Shown here piece by piece: positions 11,258 to 24,700 of a DNA stretch of 64,000 bases (positions within the stretch are counted from its first letter, which is position 1; every line of letters begins with the position of its first letter). This DNA comes from Eledone cirrhosa (taxonomy: Eukaryota), in the NCBI GenBank assembly GCA_964016885.1, contig OZ024746.1, positions 40,548,001-40,612,000 on the forward strand, read 5' to 3'. Under the pieces are notes generated by a model. That model saw nothing but the letters and a program-made list of their open reading frames with translations. It did no database searches and was not told the origin of the DNA. The translations under genes and the position numbers were made by a program.

Positions 11258-13429
11258 ATAACTAAATTACATATATTGGTCTTTGATTGGCCAAAACACC
11301 ACATGTGACAAAATGGTAAAACTAAAATATCAGCAACCAAATTTCAATTGGATTGGAATGATTTTGTTTGTCTCTCAATTAAATTTTTATATAATGGAAT
11401 AATACTATACAGATATACAATACCAAAAAGGGGAGAGGGAGAGAATGATAAAAAAAAAGAAAAAATGGAGTGGAGGAAATAATAAAGAAGATAAGGATGG
11501 GTAGGGGAAGACGTGCACCCAACCAAACACCACAAGGTTTATAGCCTGCTATCACCAGCAGCAACGCCTACATGTGTGTTAGCTTGCCTCAAAAATTATT
11601 TGAGGGAAGCTTATTGACAAAGGTCTCACCTATCAACATGCTACTACACTCTGCTTTTTCTAATACTATTACACCGAACTAGCTAGCTGCATGACCCCAC
11701 TTCATTTCTCCTATTCTCACTATCTCTTGTCGCTCTGATCTCACCCAATCCTTCCTCCTCAACACTGCAACCATCAGAAAATCAACTTATTAATATCCAA
11801 ACTAAAGACAATTCGGCATCGGTATCGTGTTTCGATTCAGCTAGGGGTAAAATACAACAGTTGTTACTTCCTTAACTCTGAAAATATGAAAGTCAGTTAA
11901 CTTTGGTGGGATTTGAACTTAGAATGTAAAAGGACATACCTACACATTTTCTTTCTTTTTTAGTATGAAACTTATGAAGCCATAAAAATTGTCACAGGAA
12001 AATTTCAATAAATGTCTAATTTAAGTTGTTTTGTTTTTAATTCATTATTTTATTTTAGACTTACGGCCCTTGCCATTCTGAGTTCAAATCCCGCCGAGGT
12101 TAACTTTGCTTTTCAGCCTTACGGGGTCGATAAAATAAAGTACCAGTAATGCACTGGGTAATTGCTGGCCTTGTGCCAAACGTAGAAACAATTATTTTAT
12201 TTTAGACTAGACAAACCCTTTGGAGAATGCTTTCTGTACTTGGCGATAGATAGAGTAATACATAGATAGGTACAAACAATGTGTGTTGTAGAAGCTAGTG
12301 TTTTATTTTTCTGTCATTTCTAACAAAACCAGTTACCACAACGTTGATAGATGGATGATAGATAGGAATACATAGAGACATAAATAGATACAACTCAATC
12401 TGTTTGTGTATGTGTGTGTGTGGTAGAAGCTAAGGTTTTATTTCGCTGTCATTTCTAGCAAGACAGTTACCACAACAAAGCTCTTTGCACCGTGAATGAC
12501 AGACAGGCACACGGACAAACAGATAAAGGGCCAACCGCAAGTTCTCTAACAAAGGCACTTGACGTTGCTCGGGAGTGTTAGTACGCCTTATATATTAAAA
12601 GAAAGCAAAATATGTTGTATTGAAATTTATCATTCTAAATTCCATTTATTCTTCAATTGAGGTACACTGCACATACCTGCGCTCGGTAATGCAGTGATAA
12701 TGCGCAAAATAATAATTTCAAGTATAGGCACAAGGCCAGTAATTTTAGTGGGAGGGGAAAGTCGATTAAATCGACCCCAGTATGTTACTGGTACTTTATT
12801 TTATCAACCCCCATAAGGGTGAAAGGCAAATTTAACCTCAGTGGGATTTGAACTCAGACTGTAACTGTATGCTGCAAAGCATGGTGTCTGACTCTCTACC
12901 TATACTGCCAATCCACCGCCCTTAATGCACAAAATAATAATAATAATGATAATTGTTGTAGTGAACACCCTTTTGGGATTAAAGAAAGGGACTCAGCAGA
13001 CTATTATAAATAAGCAACATGTCACTTTTTCAGGAGTTCAGTTGGAGTCTCACTTGAAAGTCTCGCGTTTTGTTATCAGAAGTTACACCTGAGATTGTTA
13101 GAACCCTCGCATCGTATAAAACCTAACCAATCAAAAGGGTTATAAAACCAGCTTGCACTGGACTGGATTATTTTTGCACGAAACAAAAGAAAAAAAATTC
13201 TTAGCATGGAGGATTTCTTAGCCCACATGGTGGCAGTTGCAACAGCAAGATACAACTACAACAAAAGATATAACAATAATAATAATTTTCTTTATTTGTT
13301 ACAAGGGGAACTATGTAGAGACACTACAAAAAAAGCAATGGATGTATTACAGCAAGTGAAAACATATTAACATGTATTTAAAATAAAATTGCAAATAACA
13401 TATTAATACATGTGATATATTAGAAATCT

Positions 13430-13478
13430 TAATAATAATGAAATTATTATGTACAGTGCACAGGTGCACTACATCTTA
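13430..13478 (-). mobile_element. about 50-bp 3'-terminal fragment of the same LINE family
   Basis: Reverse complement gatgtagtgcacctgtgcactgtacataataatttcattattatt matches the LINE ends near 31400-31450 and 47585-47625. Confidence 0.75.
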
Positions 13479-13509
13479 TAATATCCCTAATAGGTAATAA
13501 CCATATAGT

Positions 13510-13735
13510 TTAACCCTTTAGCATTTAAACCAGCCGTATCTGGCCAGAATTCTCTCACCTCTTTCTGTGCAAGCCGGCCATAACCAACTGCTCATATTTA
13601 TGTTAAGGTATTGTTCTCAAAATAAATATCAAAATCTTGTAGATTCGATATTATGTAAGATAATTATGTGAGATAAAGTGCTTACTATGAAAATACAATA
13701 GTAAATATAGAGTAATGTAAATGCTAAAGGGTTAA
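13510..13735. mobile_element. piggyBac-like MITE (representative; also about 9015-9930, 19158, 34547, 35150, 42820, 43700, 49254, 51142, 54070, 55796)
   Basis: TTAA|CCCTTTAGCATTTA...TAAATGCTAAAGGG|TTAA termini and a conserved interior of about 220 bp. Confidence 0.85.
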
Positions 13736-14027
13736 ATCAAGGAATACTTGGAATCCTGATTGCCTCAAACACACAGGTATGTTTCTTTATCTCTGCTGGA
13801 TAATCTAAAACAAAATGTAGAAATGCTTTACAGGAATGATGCCTGATTTTCAAATGATTTTTTTTTTTCATCTGGGACCATGAGGCAACTTAAACCTGAG
13901 GTTTTGTACTTCAGAGAGACAGAACGAGCAAATAAAACAACCTAACAACCTTTCATTTAGCGATTTGTGCTGTTTCTGTTAATAACTACATACACATATG
14001 CACATCATGCATGCACACACACAGATG

Positions 14028-14258
14028 CTTTTTTTTTTTTTTTTTTCTTTTTTTTTCTTTCTTTTTTTTCTTTTTTTTCTTTTCTTCTTTTTTTCTTTGT
14101 TCTTTTTTTCTTCTTTTTTTTCTTTTTTTTCCTTTTTTTTCCTTTTTTTTCTTTTTTTTTCTTTTTTTTTCTTTTTTTTTCTTTTTTTCTTTTTTTTCTC
14201 TTTTCTTTTTGCTTTTTTTAAAAAACTTTTTTCCTTTTTTTTCTTTTTTCTTTTTTTC
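14028..14258. repeat. T/C-rich low-complexity tract of about 230 bp
   Basis: Runs of T punctuated by C. Confidence 0.9.
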
Positions 14259-15341
14259 AGATTATAAGTTTAAGCACAGTCTTTAAAGGTAACTCTTAAA
14301 CAAATTAGTTTTAATAATGGCTTCTTCATCTTAGATCTTTTGAAATGAACATCATATGTATAAATACAGGTATAGCTGTGTGGTTAAAATGTTTGTTTTG
14401 CAACCACATGTTTTTTGGAGTCCAGTCTTTCTGTGTGACACCTTTGGCAAGTATTTTTTGCTCTAGCCTCAGTTTGACCGATAACCTTCTGAGTGAAATC
14501 TGGTAGATGGAAACTGTGGAAGCCCATCATAAATATGTACGAGGATTGGCTGAAATGCTCATAAGCTCACTATGAAGTGATGCTAGAGATGTGAAATCTT
14601 GTATGCATTAATTTCAACTCTTCTTATTAAGTGCTTTGTTTCTTTCCAAGGACTGTGTTGAAAAATAAACCTCATTTGGTTATTCCATGAGTAATTTGGT
14701 CAGCCTATGAACTTTTCAGCTGGCCCTCTTATACATGTTTGTGTTTGTGTCTTTGTTTATGTGTCATAACATAGCAGTTTGACCAAAAGCAATTGATAAA
14801 ACAAGTACCAGACAAATACTGGGGTCAATATTCTTGACTAAGAACTTTTAAGGTAGTGCTCCAGCAAAGCTGCAGTCTAATGACTGAAACCAATGAAAGA
14901 ATGGTTTACATGAATTAATAAATCTTTTACTAGCCCCAGTTACCACCAAGCTATGGAACACAACATATACAATACCATTTTGTAACCCTTTTGTGATTAT
15001 ATCTCTAATAAAATATATTTTATTTATTTAATTAATAAAGAATTTTTAGAGGTTTAACAATATTATTGATTTAATTCCTAACTGAAATAGTAACTTAACC
15101 CTTTAGCATCATAAAAATACAATAGTAAATGTAAAGTAATGTAAATGCTACAGGGTTAAACATATGGCTCTTATATAAAATTGTGTTGTATATAAAATTA
15201 TATTGAGAGATTTTAATTTAAATAGAACCAGAGCCTGTTAAGGCCAGTTTGATATCAAAAGGGTTTTAAGTATCAAAGATGAGATTAAGCACCTTCAATG
15301 AAACATATTTATCCTGTTATTTCTGTAACTTATTCCCTAGA

Positions 15342-15748
15342 TTATTGCTCCATCTTTTTCCTTGCTTCTTCCATCTTTTTCCTTGCTTCTTCCTCCATTT
15401 TCTTTCTTGTTTCTTCCTCTTTTTTTCTCCTCTCTTCTTCCATAAATGTATATCTAGATTCTGCTGCAGAGATAGTTTCTTCCAGATCTTTCACAGACTT
15501 TTCTATGGTTTTTTTTGTATCATCTGCAAGTATTTGAAGTTTCGACAACATCTGCTCAGATAAGCCAATTTGTGTATTCACCAAAGTCATCTGTTGATTC
15601 TGTGTCTTCATTATTTTGTCTTCTTCTGAATGTACATTTGTTACATTCTGTTCCACAACAGAAACTCTTTCTTTGATAGTATCAAGCTTCTTATATAGTT
15701 TTGATGCTAAATTATCTATCAGTCTCTTGATCACATCATCAGATCCAC
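15342..15748 (-). CDS. TRPC: TRPC terminal exon (coiled coil, E/K/R-rich tail)
   Basis: ttataaag|(G)[17 protein letters not shown]...EEARKKMEQ*. The phase-1 acceptor matches the upstream exon. Confidence 0.78.
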
Positions 15749-18700
15749 CTTTATAAAATAAAATAAAAATCATTATCGTCATCATCATCATCATCATCGT
15801 TGTCATTATTATAGAGCATACAAGAACATGCTTTACAACAGAGTTACGACCCTTTGCCTTTATAGGGTCGATAAAATAAAGTACCAGTAATGCACTGGGT
15901 CGATTTAATCGACTTTCCCCTCCTCCAAAAAATTACTGGCCTTGTGCCAAATGTAGAAACGGGATCTTGTATTAAGTTTATAAGTTAATGGCAGCAATGG
16001 AGAGAGTTTGTGCACTATGATAATGGTTGATAACTAGAAGATTTTAGGAGAGTTGGGCACTTTTAGTGAAGTCCAATATATTGTAAGCATTTAGACCTGG
16101 TTAGAGGATATTTGATATGTTGATGCGCTGTGTCCTATTGTATCTTCCCTTATATAGTTCCACTGGTTGTTAGAGAGCACAAGCTTCTGTTGCATCTCCA
16201 ACAGAGGTAAGCCATAGAAAAGACTGACTGAACATAAGTTTGCTTCTCCAAAGAACAAACCTGGCAGGGTGTTTTGTGGAAGACCAGCAGTCACCCATGC
16301 ATTTCAGTCTCCTCTTTCCATGTTACCGATATTGTCCAAGGGCAAAGCAAAGTCCGATACAACTTGTCACCAATGTTATTGCAACTATTTTTTCAAGCTG
16401 GGTGGACTGGAGCATTTTAAATAAAATAAAGTGTCTTGTTTAAGGACAATGCACCAACCAGTCTGGTCCAGGAATTGAACTTACGACCTTATGATAGTTG
16501 GCCCAGCACTCTAAACCAAGAAGCCATTAAGTATTTGGTAAGTAGTGAATAAATATAAAGGCTAGAATAATTGTTCAGGTAGGATATATGCAATGGTCTT
16601 GCTGGCTAGAAATGGATATTTTCTGATAAACTCACCTTCATTATCTTCGAGTTTTTCCTTTGATGATTGCAATACAAAGCGTCGGATAATCTTCGAAATG
16701 ACAACCTGTAAAATAAAATAAACAGAAAACAAACAAACGTTATTACAGACTATAAATTAAGTAACTTTAACTGTATGTATTTTTATATAATCATCATCAT
16801 CATTATCATTTTACGTCTGCTTTTCCCTGCTTGCAAGGGTGGGACGGCAATTGATTCTGGCTTGATTTCTACAGCTGGATGCCCTTCCTAACACCAACCT
16901 CATTTACAGTGAGTGCTGGGTGCTTTTTTGCCGTGGCACCTCCACGACCACTTTACAGTGGAATGATAGGGACCCCAGTCCCTATCATCTCATTTCTACA
17001 GCTGATTAAACTGGAGCAATGTGAAATAAAGTGTCTTGCTCAAGGAAACAACATCACCCGGTCTGAGAATTGAACTCACAACCTTTCGATTGCAAGGCCA
17101 ATGCTCTAACCACTGAGCCATATATATATGTTAAACATAGTGTATCTAAGACTACACGTTAAATGTGTCGTTCCACTTTAAGATGACGACAACAAACCAT
17201 TTTCCTTGCTAAAACACAAGTTAGTTTTGCAGGTCCCATGAAATGAGGTCCTTTCTACAGCCAGATACCCTTACTGGCACTAATCCTTTCTATGGCCATC
17301 TATAACATGCAGCGATATGGTTTACCTATTCTAAGCTGAATACACAGTCAATCCTCATTAAAAGAGAAGAGTGTTAGTTGATGGAGATTTAGCTGCATCT
17401 AACAGGCCGAATGGCTGTATAGAACCTCACTTGTTAGTGGTAGAGGTACTTGTTGATGGAAGAAGTTCTCTTGTTGATGATAATAGTGTTGATGATAGCA
17501 GTAATGATAGTGTTGATGGAAGAAGCTCCCTTGTTCTACAATCAGGTTTGGGTTCCAAGTTATTTCCTTTCATTTATACCACCCTAATAAACTCCTTTGA
17601 AAAACTAAATTTTCATTTTCAGAATTTGAGAATCAAAGCAACCATTACTTACAGTTCTTTCTTTCCCTCCCAACTTCTCTACACCAACCTCTTCATCTCC
17701 TTCCTGAAAAAAGACAAAAATATATTTCAAGTTTGTTGTAAAGAATCTATTATATTAAAGCTGTTATCTATTTCATATAGAACATAAGTTGCACTGGAAA
17801 GGGGGTGGTAAGAGTGAGTGTGTAGGAAAGAGAGAGATGTGTATATCATCATCATCACTGTTTAACGTCCATTTTTCCACACTTGTACGGGTTAGACAGG
17901 TCGTCCACGCTGGGAGGCAAGTCTGGCCAGAGTTGGCCATGTCACACCTAGCTCTGGTGAGGACTGTAAATTTAGATATATATATATATATTATATATAT
18001 ATATAGGTAACACGGTAAAAAGTTCCCAGTTCCTCACTGTAAATGTGGTTGGTGTTAGGAAGGGCATCCAGCCGTAGAAAACCTGCCAGATAGTCCTATA
18101 TGAGCGAGACATGGTCACCCGACCAACCTTGCCTCAAGTGGGACAACTCCCATCTAACCCATGCTAGCGTGGAAGATGGACGTTAAACAAAGATGATGAT
18201 ATATATATATATATATATAAATAAATATTTTAAGTGGAGGTGTGACCCTGAGAGCATAATAGCTAGAATAAGGATAGGATGGAAGAAGTTTAGAGAGCTC
18301 TACCCACTGTTGCCTACAAAACTGTATGATTCCTGTATGCAAAGTGTGATGCTACATACTAGTGAAACATGGGCAATGACTGCAGAGGACATGAATAGGC
18401 TGGAGAGAAATGAAGTTTCATTGGATGTGTAATGTAAACATGAGAGAAATGCAGAGCTTGGATGAACTGAGGGAAAAACTGGGTTTAAGAAGAATCTAAA
18501 GTGGGGTTCAAGAGAGAAGTCTGCATTGCTATGGACATGTAATGCGCATGGAAGATAATCACTCGGTGAAGAAGTACAAGGAAATCCCAGTGGAAGGAAA
18601 CCACAGTAGAGATAGACTAAGGAAGACCTGGGCAGAGATGGTGAGAGCTGATCTGAAATCACTGAGACTCACAAAGATGACGAAGGAACACGGCAAGTGG

Positions 18701-21700
18701 AGAAATGTTGTGCTGCAAAGGACTCGTCCAACCCATGCAAGTGTGGAAAAAATGGATGTAAAAACGATGATGATGAAATATATATATAAAGTAGGAGTCT
18801 CAGCTGCAGAAAATAACTGTAAACACAGTTGGTTTCTATAAATAATGGGTTAAAAAGTGGCCAGTTACTTTCTGTGTCTGAGATTCCTACATTCTCTATG
18901 AATTTCATAATTCCTCAGTGCTTTGGTACATGTACCTCAATACTCATCTTTTTCCATTTCTTAGAGGGTTCTAAACCCCACTATGAAGCTAAAATTTCTT
19001 TAGTAAAAAAATACGGCGAAAGCTTCTATTTCTAATTTAGTCTAACTTTACAATTGCTATCTTATGGCATACACTTTAGTTCTTATGACATACACTTTGG
19101 TAAGATTTATGTAAATATCGTCATTTAAGAACATTCACTGGAATACAGACAATTGATTTAATCCTTTAATGTTCAAACCGGCCAAAATTCTCTACCTCTT
19201 TCTGTTGAAACTGGCTGTAACTGATGTTAAGATATTGTTCTCAAAATAAATACTTTCAAAATCTCATAGATTCGATATTATGTGAAATAATTCTGTGAGA
19301 TTAAGCATTTACCATGAAAATATAATAGTAAATATAGAGTAATGTGAATGCTAAAGGGTTAACCTGACCACACCCAGTCTAACCTGATCAATAAATTAGT
19401 ATTTCAGTTCAGAAGAGTAATATTGAATAATATGGATCAAAACACAAAGTGTGAGCAATAAAAACATCTGGTGTAATATGTGTGTGTGTGTGTGTTGGTG
19501 GCAGATCGGTGGAGTGTCCAACATGAGGCTAGAAACAGCAGACAAATACCTTTCAAAATCACATTCTATATCCTTTAAAAAGTGAACAACACATTGAACA
19601 TTTTAATCTTAGATACACTATTCCTGGCAGGAAAGGGGATGATCATGTTTGTAATGCTTTTAATGCCTGTGTGTATGTATGTATGTGTGTCTAGTCGTGT
19701 AAAGGTTATTTCTGTAATAAAATAAAGATGCCTATATTCCACTAATGTATTAAGTACCTTTTTTTAACTGTGATCCCCTCCCGATATACATTTGGAATCT
19801 ACCTATATATATATAGTTATGTAATAAACAACATAAGATAATTATTTCATTTACCAGTGGTTTCTTGAAGGCAGATATTTATATCTGTCTTCAGTCGTCA
19901 GAAGGAATAAATAACATGGTGTTTTTATTAAATATGGATTTGAAAACAAAATTTAGGGAATATGAAAGTGAGGCTGGAAAAAAGGGTTTAGGGGGAAAAA
20001 ATATATAAATAAATATCAAGAACATAAACATACACACACTTAACCACGCGCTTATACGTAATAGTATGTAGACATATACTTTCTCACATAAGCGTATTTG
20101 CATCTACATGGAAATACAAACAGACACACACACATATACACAAATATATATGCACTCATATATGTACACACAAACACATACTCACATATATAAAAATGTA
20201 TACACACACATACATACAAACATACCTTTCCAACAGAAATACTTCATATATATATATATATATCATCATCATCACTATTTAATGTCTCTTTTTCCATGCT
20301 AGGATGGGTTAGACGAGTTGTCCTGTTGTGAGAAATGCTAGGTCAAGTGACCGTGTCTTGCTAATACAGAACTGATTTTGGCTTGGTTTCTACTGCTGGA
20401 TGCCCTTTCTAATACCAACCACATTTACAGTGAGTACTGGGTGCTTTTTATTTTATCATGACACCTATGCAGGGACTTCACAGTGTGGGCTAAGTGGTTT
20501 TGTTGTAACACCTACATGACCATTTTACAATATAGGCTGGGTGCTTTTTGTCATGACACCTACACGACCACTTTACAGTGTGGGCTGGGTATTTTATATA
20601 TATATATATGAGTGCTTATGGACTATTCTTCAAAAAGGTTTCTTCGAAAACAGATCTTCAAATACATTTCTTCAAAAACAAAAACTTCGAAGTAAGATAT
20701 CTTCGACAAGCAAAAACTTTGTAGTAGAATACCTTCGACAGGACAATTACTTCGAATCATCAATTTTGTGATTTTGATTTTCAATAAAATTTAGCATGAC
20801 AATTGTTTTAGATTTTTTATTGTTTTAATAAATGTTCTTGATGACACTGGTTTTGATTGCCCTTTTATACAGATTATTGCCCAATCTTGTATTCGAAGAA
20901 GATGTATGAAACCATCTTTTCAATGATTTGATTTTCTGAGTAAAATACTTTTGAAGTGAATGCACTTCGAAGTATCTGATTTCAAAGAAATGTGTTCGAA
21001 GATTTGTATTCGAAGAAATGTTTTCAAAGATAAGTCCATAAAGCATATTAGAGCTGTTGCCATTATAAAATTTCCCCAGACTGCTCTGCAAAGTGGTAAT
21101 AATGGTGCTACAATAGTATGATTTTAGTACAATTTGTAATGTGGTTGGCATTAGGAAGGACATCCAGCTGTAAAAACAATACCAAACTGGAATGTATGAG
21201 CTGAGTATGGTCATCTGACCTGTCTAACCTCAGAACATGACATTTCGTTCAACTCATGCTAGCATGGAAGACAGACATAAAAGGGTGATGACAATGATGA
21301 TAATGATAATGATGATGATATATTAAATTACTGTTACCAAGCTTTGTTGCGATGAACTTTTGTCTTTCTTGTAGCATGGACAACATTTTCGGGAACACTT
21401 CCTCCAAAGATAACGAAACAAATGGTAAAAAGTATCAAATCTCGGTAAAATGTTGAAAGGTGGTGGAACGCAACACCCAGATTCAATAAAAGTCAACCAA
21501 AGTTCTGTCCTTGAAAATTTCCACTCACTTTCTTGTTCATCCTGAAACAAATTATTTAAAAGAAGAAGAAAATATGGAAACTTGAGATATTATTCATATA
21601 TTGATGATGATGATGATCACCATCATGATCATAATGGCATCAATCATTAGATTGCAGATATGATAGGGTACCACCTCAAGAGTTTTCTTTGATAATATTG

Positions 21701-24700
21701 ACCCTAGTAAATATTTTAATCTGGTACTTCTTTTATCAGTCTCTATCTATTGACCTAAAGGAAGGTAACTAGACCTTATGTATGGTATCATATATAAGGT
21801 CTAGTTACCTTTGCCTTTTCCTTGGACAATAACAGTGGTGTGAAGAGGGGAGACTGATATGAATGGGCGACTGCTGGTCTTCCACAAACAACTTTGCCCA
21901 AACTTGTGCCTCGGAAGGGAACTTTCTAGGTCCAAATACCATGATCATTCGTGACCAAAGGGAGTCTTTACTCTTCATATATAAAGCGGACATAAAATGA
22001 TGATGATGATGATGATGATGATATGAACATTCCTGAACAATAATCTTGTTGGATGTCTGAACAGAAAAAAATGGTTTAATGGAGTAAACTAATGGTTCTC
22101 TACATTCTCAAAGACTAATGCAGGGGTTTCAGACTCAAAAGGGACATTATGTCATGGGGGGTGGCACCATGGGCTAAAAGGTTAAATTCATTTTTTCCAG
22201 CTGAATAAACTGGAAGAACATAAAATAAAATGTCTTGTTCAAGAATACAATATGCTGCTGGGAATCAAAGTCATGTCCTTACCATTATGTGTCAAATACC
22301 CTAATCATTAAGCCACTAGGTAGTGTTGTGATACTCAAAACTTTGTATTTTGTTACATTAATACTCCATATTAAGCAACTAACAATTTCATGAACAATAT
22401 CTCCCCCACTAGATGCCTTAAATCACTGCACAAAATATGAAGATGGCCTCGCTAGGGTTGAAGCAATAGCCAAATATAGATCGGCTCAAGAATGTACTTC
22501 TATTGATTCAAGAAGGGAGCATTTATGTGGTCATTTGACCTGCTGGAAATAACATCCCAGTCTCCCTTAAAGTGCACCCTACTGTCCTAAATAAGAAAAA
22601 AGCTCACTAGATAATGTATCCTTGACATATACCAAAAGTGAGATGGAGTTGTCTCAGCTGGAATTATTTTAATTATAGGCTTGCTCTATCAGTTTACTTG
22701 TGGCTAAACAATAACAGCAACAACCTATATTGAGTGACTTCAATCTTTCTAGCATCTCCCAGGAATACTACAGCAGCATCGCAGACATACAGAGTACTTT
22801 TGATTTTGACTGGTTGGTCAAAGAATACACTACATCTCCACATCCTATGTGTAACATTCCAGAATTAATCATGCTAAGTTCAAGGGAACTTATATCTCAG
22901 TATCCCTTTAAAAACATTCCAAAACCCCTTAAAAAAACACTCTCCAGCACCCCTTAAAAAACACTCCAATGTGTAACATTGTTCTAGATTTTATCATTAC
23001 TCTTAATTTCAGAGAGTATGAGCAAATGTTCAGAGCTGAAATATTTTAAGCACCCGATGGAAAATAGTATAGGGTGACTGAGAACCATGCCAAGAATTGA
23101 TGTGAGATGTAAGATTACTTGCCTGAATCTCTTGAAAGGTATTAGACATAACAGCTATAAGAAGATTGATAAGAACAATGGTTGAAGCAAATATGAATGT
23201 GCCATAGAGAACATAACCAATAGCAACAGTGACATCTCGCTTGGCATTGAAGTTATTGATCAATGAATGCATCGGTTGTCCATTGATGTCAATATCAGGA
23301 GCATTCGAATCACTCATTCCAAATGTTCCCCACATTAAATAGACAATAGTATTAGCAACACTGAAATAAGAGAAGTGAGAAATGAAGGTGTTATGAAAGA
23401 GTAAATTAGGGATTTCTATCTAACATTGGCATACAGACATACATTCATCTCTACGTTCTTGCAGTGACTCTCCAGAAACTCTTTGGCATTATTTGTTCCA
23501 ATGTAGAAACTATCAGTCTGAGAGAGAGGCCATGCTGAAACCAATCTTTCAAAAACTACCAAGATTGGTAGTTCAATATATGATTACAGGTCTACCAAAT
23601 ATAAACAAAATCTTTTAGTACATGAAACCTACTAAAAGATTCCACAAGAGAAACTTCTAGCTGTTTTACAGTATCCCTTGTTTCCTCTTTTCTTTTTCGT
23701 AGGCATAATCTGCTCCCATTGGCCTTCAATATTTGAAATTTTATTTTTGTTATTTTATTTTTTTCCCTTTTTCTCTTTTTATTTTAGCCTATAGTTTATT
23801 TTTCTTTTCTTTTTGTTTGTCTCACTATCTCTTTTTGATTACCAACTGTAAGGAGTACTCGATACTTCCCCTAGTCTGTCATTGCTTACTAGCTCTATAC
23901 GGACGTTTAAATTGAATAAATAAATAAATAATACATTTGAGGAGATAAGTGTACCAAGAATAGCCCACAGATGTACCATATACTGTCTGTAGGTACATTT
24001 GTGTACCAAGAATGGTCTGCAGATGTACCACATACAGTCAGTAGGTTTGCCGTAAGATTTTGAGGCTAGTTATAAAATTCCATTAAAAGAAGAAAATTTG
24101 ATTGTTTTTCATGTACCACACTTATGTAGGTGCATGATGATGATGATTCCTTTGAACCAAAGAGAAATATGTTATCTATATTTTATATGTTGGCAATACT
24201 GTGTTGTTGCTATATTTTATATGTTGGCAATACTGTGTTGTTGCTATATTTGATATGTTGACAATACTGTGATGTACATATATTTTGTTTCATGATTAAT
24301 ACCTATCAATACTCCCAGTTTGTCCAATTCCTCCTCATTAGGAATACTATTTTAGTTCTATATTTATTAACTCTTTTAATACCAAACTACCTGAAATGCC
24401 TCTGATTCTATGATTTATTCTAGTATCATACTAATCAAAAAACTTCCATTATAATTTATGTAAGAACCTTTTTTAAGTTATGTTCCAAACACCCACTTAA
24501 TAATGAGAAAGTTAGTTATCTTACTAAATCGTTCCAAATTTTTGATTATTTTCAAAATTATTTAAAAGTCATAGGCAGTGTCTTTCATTAGAAATATGAT
24601 AATGAAAGGGTTTAGTAAAAATGAAATAAATAAATCTCCATATTACCTACTAAATGATTCTGTGTTGCATTGGAGAGCACTGTAAAGGGCAGCAATACTG

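Noticed and set aside
10170-12700. Possible 5' UTR exons of the SLC46 gene (donor-like sites near 10178 and 12676)
   Set aside because: Donor-like motifs alone are insufficient without transcript data.
13967-14286. Poly-Phe ORFs
   Set aside because: Low-complexity T-tract.
17371-17600. Extra TRPC exon or plus-strand gene in the S/T/D-rich stretch
   Set aside because: The nearest acceptor meets stops in all three frames; the stretch is low complexity with a short internal duplication.
22430-22480. Further hammerhead candidate (atgaaga..gaagc)
   Set aside because: Both core boxes are mutated and the stems are unconvincing.
23945-24275. Short local tandem duplications (also about 1805-1985, 31845-32070, 43555-43610)
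   Set aside because: Ordinary two- or three-copy slippage or decayed transposon ends with no further signal.
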